From Acidobacteriota bacterium (GTDB lineage Bacteria; Acidobacteriota; UBA6911), in NCBI GenBank assembly GCA_963664705.1, contig OY761556.1, positions 1,504,001-1,568,000 on the forward strand: 64,000 nt of DNA, read 5' to 3'. Of the stretch, positions 58,570 through 64,000 are shown one piece after another. Position 1 is the stretch's first letter, and the number at the start of each line of letters is the position of its first letter. Under the pieces are notes generated by a model, which was given only the letters and a program-made list of their open reading frames with translations, was not told the DNA's origin and did not search any database. Made by a program: the position numbers and the translations under genes.

Positions 58570-60990
58570 ATGACGGAACGAGTCCATCGGCTGAAAAGCA
58601 AGATAATCACAAGCGGCCAGCATATCGGCATCGAAAAATTCAAGATCATCGTCGCGTCGGAAAGACAATGCACAGGCTATCCGCCTATCCTCCGGCGGGG
58701 CATTACCCTGAAGAACGTTCTTGAGCAGATGCCGATTTTTATCCAGCCTGATGAGCTGATTGTCGGAAACCCGGCCGGTCATCCATACGGGCTTGAAATT
58801 GAGGCCGGACTCGGCAAATGGGATAAGGACGAAGTTGATGCGCTCAGAACGGATGGCTATAAGTTCGACGAGAAGGACGAGAGCGAGATGCTGTCCATCA
58901 ACGAACAGTTCAAGCCCTTCGGAATGTATAATGGGGCAAACCTGATCATAGCTGCCGACGACAGACTGGATGTTTTCGCGCGCTGCGGCATGATGCTTGC
59001 CCCGTGGAAAAAAGACAAAACTCTCGGGAATCGGGTTGGAGGTGGAGCCGCATGCTCAGGCCTGGGCAATGGCCCCGGCTGGAATTTGCTTTGCATCGAC
59101 TTCTCCATTCCGCTCACACGAGGTCTGGATGCTCTGATCGAGGAGTGCCGGACCGAACTGAAGAACAATCGCTATTTTGACAGGCTCTCCTACGATCGAG
59201 GCATTACTTTACAGGCAATGATCGCATCGCTGGAAGGACTGGTGCATTACGCTCAGCGTTTTGCCCGGCTCGCCGATGACATGGCCGGCAGGGAGGTGGA
59301 TCCGCAGAGGAAAAAGGAACTGCTGGAGATTGCCGCGATATGCAGGAGAGTGCCGGCGTATCCCGCGCGGACATTCCGGGAGGCCCTGCAATGCTTCTGG
59401 TTCGTTTTCCTGCTGATGAATCCTTCGCCAACGCCCGCGATGGGACGCTTCGACCAGTATATGTATCCATCCTACAAGGCGGATATTGAGGCGGGCAGAA
59501 TAACCGATGATGAGGTACTGGAATACCTGTGCTGCCTGCGTGTCCGCTGTATGGAGCTGAATCAGCAATCGGGTAAAGAAATCCGCAAACGCACTTCCGG
59601 AGGAGCGCGTTGGATGAACATGACTATCGGTGGGGTGAAGCCGGATGGCAGCGACGCAACCAATGAATTGACTCACTTGATCCTGGACGCGCTGATGGAG
59701 TGTCCGACAACCCACCATACCATCACGCTTCGTGTCGCCGACTCTACTCCGGATTCCATTATGCTGAAGGCTGTTACCGCCCAGGCAAAGGGAATGAGCA
59801 TGCCGGCTTTTGTTGGAGATAAATCCTATATTAGCTATTTCAATAAACCGAACGACCCTGATGATGGGCTCGACATTGAAATTGCCAGGGACTACTGCAT
59901 GACCGGCTGTATCGACGGCAACATCGCCGGGCGTACACGTACCATGGGAATCACCATGTTTGTTGTGCCGAAAGTTCTCGACCTGTTCATGCACGACGGT
60001 TGGGATGCAAATATCAAAGAGCAGGTCGGGCATAAAATCGGAGATCTGGGCAGGTTCGCCAACTACGAGGATTTTCTCGAGGAATTCAAAAAGGAGTTTA
60101 CCTATTTTATCCGGCTTTCGGCGGAAAAGCTCAATATCGAAAGCATTGTTTTCAAAAACATGTTCCCCGATCCGTTCCGCGCAGCTCTCATGGACGGCGG
60201 CATACATTCCGGGCTTGACTGCTATGCCCAACCTTATGATTTTGAAAACAACCAACTCCTCAATCCAGTCGGGATGGTTAATCTTGCCCAATCGCTTTAT
60301 GCGATCAAGAAGCTTGTTTTCGAAGAAAGAGACGCCACATTGTCGGAGCTTGTCAAGGCATTGGATGCCAACTGGCAGGGCTATGAGGAGCTTCGGGCCA
60401 GGTGCCTGGCCCTGAGTCATTACGGAAACGGCATCGATGAGATCGATAAGATTGTTGGCGATTGTTATGCATTCTGGGCGGATGTTGCCGACACGATTCC
60501 ATCCATACTGGGTGGGCATTTCAGATGCTCTGCAATCTCCATTACGTCCCACCAGCCGGGCGGTGCGCTGGTCGGCGCCTCCCCGGATGGCCGCTATTCC
60601 GGAGAGATCCTCGCCGACGCATGCGCATCTCCAATGAGGAGCACCGATATCAAGGGTCCGCTGGCTGTTTTCAGAAGCGCTCTTCAAATTCCTCAGGACC
60701 GTTTTCAGGCCATGCTCTTGAATATGAAAATCCACCCGTCAGCCCTTCAATCGGATAGCAGCAAGCTAAAGCTGGCAAGCGCGATAAGAACGTATTTCGC
60801 TCATGGCGGCAAGCATGTGCAATTTATTGTGTGCGATCCGAAGACACTCGAGGACGCGAAGGCGCATCCCGAAGATCACCGCGATTTAATGGTACGGGTA
60901 GCGGGCTACAGCGCCTATTTTGTCCAGCTCACGCCTGGATTGCAGGATGAGGTCATCGCGCGCACGGCACATTTGTTGAATGAGCCCTGA
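58570..60990 (+). CDS. Glycyl radical enzyme 2 (substrate unknown)
   Basis: GRFDQY, MTIGG, GCID Cys loop, ASPDGR, VRVAGYS Gly loop. Confidence 0.92.
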   Translation: MTERVHRLKSKIITSGQHIGIEKFKIIVASERQCTGYPPILRRGITLKNVLEQMPIFIQPDELIVGNPAGHPYGLEIEAGLGKWDKDEVDALRTDGYKFDEKDESEMLSINEQFKPFGMYNGANLIIAADDRLDVFARCGMMLAPWKKDKTLGNRVGGGAACSGLGNGPGWNLLCIDFSIPLTRGLDALIEECRTELKNNRYFDRLSYDRGITLQAMIASLEGLVHYAQRFARLADDMAGREVDPQRKKELLEIAAICRRVPAYPARTFREALQCFWFVFLLMNPSPTPAMGRFDQYMYPSYKADIEAGRITDDEVLEYLCCLRVRCMELNQQSGKEIRKRTSGGARWMNMTIGGVKPDGSDATNELTHLILDALMECPTTHHTITLRVADSTPDSIMLKAVTAQAKGMSMPAFVGDKSYISYFNKPNDPDDGLDIEIARDYCMTGCIDGNIAGRTRTMGITMFVVPKVLDLFMHDGWDANIKEQVGHKIGDLGRFANYEDFLEEFKKEFTYFIRLSAEKLNIESIVFKNMFPDPFRAALMDGGIHSGLDCYAQPYDFENNQLLNPVGMVNLAQSLYAIKKLVFEERDATLSELVKALDANWQGYEELRARCLALSHYGNGIDEIDKIVGDCYAFWADVADTIPSILGGHFRCSAISITSHQPGGALVGASPDGRYSGEILADACASPMRSTDIKGPLAVFRSALQIPQDRFQAMLLNMKIHPSALQSDSSKLKLASAIRTYFAHGGKHVQFIVCDPKTLEDAKAHPEDHRDLMVRVAGYSAYFVQLTPGLQDEVIARTAHLLNEP

Positions 60991-61156
60991 CATGGTTCCG
61001 GTATTTTCAATCGCGTGACTCCGATCAGGCAAAATGAGGCTATTGCCTGTCGAATGCCTCGGATGTTCTTGTATTCGAGAGATGTAAATAGAAGAATAGT
61101 CTGTTCGTTGAACGAAACTCGTAAAACTTCGCGAAAGAAAGGTGACCGCTCTTCGC

Positions 61157-61714
61157 ATGACGACTTCAGCTGGAAATAACCCATTTTTACGATTGCTGCT
61201 TCTTTTGACACTCTCCCTGACTTCACTCTTTTGTCCAATGACGCTTGGGCAAGCCCCAGTGGTACCCGCGCGCGACGCGCTCTTGGATAAGCTGGCCGGA
61301 CATTGGGTGATGACCGGAACTATCGGCAAGCGGGCTGTAACGCATGACGTCGACGTTGATTGGATCCTCAACCGTCAATATATCCGTATCCACGAGGTTT
61401 CGCGCGAAAAGGATGATGGCAAAGCGCTCGCATACGAAGCGTGGATATACATTGTTTGGGATAAAGAAAACGCTGAATATGTGGTTATGTGGTTGGATAA
61501 TACCGGCACGACCAACTTTGCGGCTGAGGGCGTCGGGCACGGAAAGCCGGACGGCGACCGGATCCCATTCGTATGGAAATCAGCAGACAAGAGTGGTATT
61601 CGGAATACATTCGCATACAATCGCGCGAGCGAAACCTGGTCCTGGGCGATTGATAACGTGGACAAGTCGGGGACACCGTCCCCGTATGCAAATGTGACGT
61701 TGAAGCGGAAATAG
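61157..61714 (+). CDS. Exported beta-rich protein (DUF1579-like; start uncertain)
   Basis: Signal peptide; LDKLAGHW, WILN, YVVMWLDNTG. Confidence 0.6.
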   Translation: MTTSAGNNPFLRLLLLLTLSLTSLFCPMTLGQAPVVPARDALLDKLAGHWVMTGTIGKRAVTHDVDVDWILNRQYIRIHEVSREKDDGKALAYEAWIYIVWDKENAEYVVMWLDNTGTTNFAAEGVGHGKPDGDRIPFVWKSADKSGIRNTFAYNRASETWSWAIDNVDKSGTPSPYANVTLKRK

Positions 61715-61808
61715 CCACAGTGCAAAGATCATCTGATGGAAATATGGTTTTCTGATCATCGAAAATCAACGCCTCGCAACTTGTCTTCATTATTTTCGAT
61801 TGAGCTAT

Positions 61809-61852
61809 TTCCCTAAGCCGGATGCTGCCGATCTATCCCGGTCTCCGGCTCC
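61809..61852 (+). repeat. Degenerate tRNA-Gly 3' fragment 3 (att site)
   Basis: ttccctaagccggatgctgccgatctatcccggtctccggctcc; its upstream flank matches the flank of fragment 2 (ctgatcatcgaaaatcaac...). Confidence 0.75.
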
Positions 61853-62026
61853 TGTTCCGGCGGCTGCTTGTTTTTTGTTGTCTCCAGCAAAGCAGGTGAG
61901 ATATATTGATCTGGGTTCTCCGCAATTCAGGACGCTGCCTGTGACCCGCCACTAAAACATCATCCCCCGCCTTTTGACTGAAAAAATTGAGTCGAACTAC
62001 TAACTAGCACAAAATGAGGAATAATT

Positions 62027-62284
62027 ATGAGAATGACAAGAACAGATAAGACTTGGGAAGGTTTCCCCGTTTATCTAGCCACGGAAAAATCAGATGCATT
62101 GGAGCTAATCAATATCGGCACAGAAGAAAAGTTATCGCCCGCCTTTCTTGTCGGTCCGCAAGTGTTGGATAGAATTCAGGGCAATTACTGTAAAAGCCAG
62201 CCTGCACTGGAGTATTTGATCAAACAATTTCAGGACGGCAAGCTGGAATTGCTTAATCCCCCAGAGGAGAATAAGCGCGCATAG
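62027..62284 (+). CDS. Hypothetical protein
   Basis: GAGGA RBS; 85-aa ORF. Confidence 0.5.
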   Translation: MRMTRTDKTWEGFPVYLATEKSDALELINIGTEEKLSPAFLVGPQVLDRIQGNYCKSQPALEYLIKQFQDGKLELLNPPEENKRA

Positions 62285-62434
62285 CGGCCAGGAACAATAC
62301 CTTCCAGGTCTCTAGTCGATTTACGGCAAGGAATTCTTTGGACTATGGTTCCCTTGAGGTTAATTCTCAAACGGCGGATCCCATGGGAGCGGCGGCTTCC
62401 GGCATGTTAAAATTTCCATGGAATAGACTAGAGG

Positions 62435-62803
62435 ATGCCCATGAGAATGAATCGCCTGGTGCCGATGCTGCCTGTGAAGAGCCTGCCGGCGAGCATCGAG
62501 TTCTATCAAAAACTCGGGTTCAGCGTTGAGCAAAGGAATGATGATTGGGGTTGGGCAATGCTTCGCTTTGACGACTGTCATCTGATGGTGGATCAATCGA
62601 TCCGTCACCCTAACGTGCCTAATCAATCCGTTCTATACTTTTATCCCGAAAATATCGTGGCATATCACGAGCAGGTGCGAAGAGGTGGCTTGGACATCCC
62701 AGACTTGGATACCACTTTTTACGGAATGACAGAATTTCGAATTGATGATCCGGACGGCAATCGATTGTGGATTGGGCAGAACACTCGATTGGAGCAAAAA
62801 TAG
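62435..62803 (+). CDS. VOC/glyoxalase family protein
   Basis: PMLPV...SIEFYQKLGF, TFYGMTEFRIDDPDGNRL. Confidence 0.88.
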   Translation: MPMRMNRLVPMLPVKSLPASIEFYQKLGFSVEQRNDDWGWAMLRFDDCHLMVDQSIRHPNVPNQSVLYFYPENIVAYHEQVRRGGLDIPDLDTTFYGMTEFRIDDPDGNRLWIGQNTRLEQK

Positions 62804-63183
62804 TCAGAGAACAGGATGGAGAGAACGGTTCCCAGTTTTCTCCGCTAATGCAATCTGCCGCGATTATGTAACTGCTTTTCAGCACGGTGTTTTGATCTCC
62901 GGCCTCTTTCCGAGCCTCCAACCGGATCGATTTACTCGCTCTCCATTTGCACTCTATTGAGAACCTGCGTTTCGCGGCTCCGCATAAACAGGGCGCTTCC
63001 CGGCTGCGCCAAGTCTCTTTTCCCCATTAAATACTGCTAAGAAATCCTGAAAACATCTCGATAAAAGGATATGGGGTCAGTGTAAGAGCAATCGCGCATG
63101 CTCGACCCGTTGATTACGCAATACATCCTTCCAAGTGGACGTTGATATTGCATTTAGCCGCATCACCGGCGATAGGAATAGGA

Positions 63184-64000
63184 ATGAGCACGTATTTGCT
63201 GAAGGCAGTCAGGCGGGTACTACTGAAAACATCGGCGGGAGTATGTTTGATTTTTATTATGCTCGCAACAGCTGTTTCGGGACTGGCTGCGACCAGCGTA
63301 GATCTTAGCGTCTCTTCTTATAACTGGACGCCCGACCCTGTTATTCGAGGTGGTTCCGCTGTATTCTCCGTTGTTGCCACAAACAATGATGCCAGTTTTG
63401 CAGCCTCGAACCTGACGTTAGCCGTACAACTTCCTGCAAATATCGACTTCAGCACGGTGGCAACCACAACGCCGTCGGGATGCGCTTTCAATCTTACCGC
63501 CAATCCGCAGACTCTCACCTGCACAAAGGCAACTCTGGCTGCTCTGGCCACCTGGAGTTTGAGCTTCACTGGAGTCGGTTCCTCCGCCGGCACGCAAAAC
63601 ACAGTTGCAACGGTGAGCGCTGCGGACAATAGCGATTCGAACAGCGGCAACGATTCTCTAACGAAGCCGACAACGGTAATCAAGGGCGGTGACCTGACAA
63701 TTCAAAAGAGCGGACCCGCTTCGGCAACCGCGGGTTCGACAATAAGCTTCACTATTCGCGTAACGAACAATGGCCCTGATCCGGGGACTACTTTTCGTGT
63801 AACGGACAATCTTCCGGCTGCAATCGATTTCACCTATCAGTCGGCTTCCGGCACCGGTTGGGGGTGTAGCCATAGCGGTACAACGGTAACCTGCGACTAC
63901 TCCGGTGCTGAAGTGACCTCCGGAAACCATGCTCCGGACATCACGCTCACGGGACGCGTCATTACCTCGGGGGGAAGTATTACGAATGGAGCTTCCGTTA
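63184..64000 (+). CDS. Exported DUF11-like Ig-repeat surface protein, runs off the window
   Basis: Open frame from ATG 63184 (absent from the track): signal peptide, DLSVS...TNN, DSNSGND, DLTIQKSGP...FTIRVTNNGP...VTDNLP. Confidence 0.85.
   Translation, partial: MSTYLLKAVRRVLLKTSAGVCLIFIMLATAVSGLAATSVDLSVSSYNWTPDPVIRGGSAVFSVVATNNDASFAASNLTLAVQLPANIDFSTVATTTPSGCAFNLTANPQTLTCTKATLAALATWSLSFTGVGSSAGTQNTVATVSAADNSDSNSGNDSLTKPTTVIKGGDLTIQKSGPASATAGSTISFTIRVTNNGPDPGTTFRVTDNLPAAIDFTYQSASGTGWGCSHSGTTVTCDYSGAEVTSGNHAPDITLTGRVITSGGSITNGASV

Noticed and set aside
59209-60735. Long antisense ORFs (also 69-1289, 2149-3657, 20747-21898, 57377-58507)
   Set aside because: They lie opposite well-supported genes and show no motifs; expected in GC-rich DNA
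53418-60990. Pyruvate formate-lyase or benzylsuccinate synthase assignment
   Set aside because: Neither GRE has the PFL CC motif, and no small-subunit genes are present
46836-61852. Additional functional tRNA genes
   Set aside because: Only 3' portions are present, with no D arm or 5' acceptor strand

Overview
Bacterial chromosomal window, probably Acidobacteriota or a similar anaerobic diderm (inferred from gene order and protein style only). Bases 1-34.3 kb are mostly core genes: ptsH-ptsI, a FecR/DUF6600-like protein, msbA, yicC-gmk-rpoZ-coaBC-era-udg-priA, a CDF transporter, an operon of two ATP-grasp ligases, a GNAT and a KamA, pyrG-kdsA-kdsD, an SDR, a B12 radical SAM, a methyltransferase and an ABC-2 exporter. 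The intergenic spaces hold IS4-type MITEs and REP-like or oligomer inverted repeats. A tRNA-Gly(CCC) at 44753-44827 is an integration hotspot on both sides. Upstream is a ~10.4 kb phage-satellite-like element (34337-44772) bounded by a 23-bp direct repeat of the tRNA 5' end that stops at the end of the D-loop. It encodes integrase, excisionase, a phage replication initiator, a protein with three scaffold-like motifs, a small terminase and a full-length tail tape-measure protein, but no recognisable capsid, portal, large terminase, tail tube or lysis gene. This is the strongest candidate for a new system. Downstream, three tRNA 3'-end fragments (46836, 48846, 61809) mark tandem integrase-less islands. 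Their cargo includes a frameshifted toxin-antitoxin pair, an RCC1-repeat protein, a six-PAS two-component system and two divergent glycyl radical enzymes with one activase. All calls are from reading the sequence; no searches were run.
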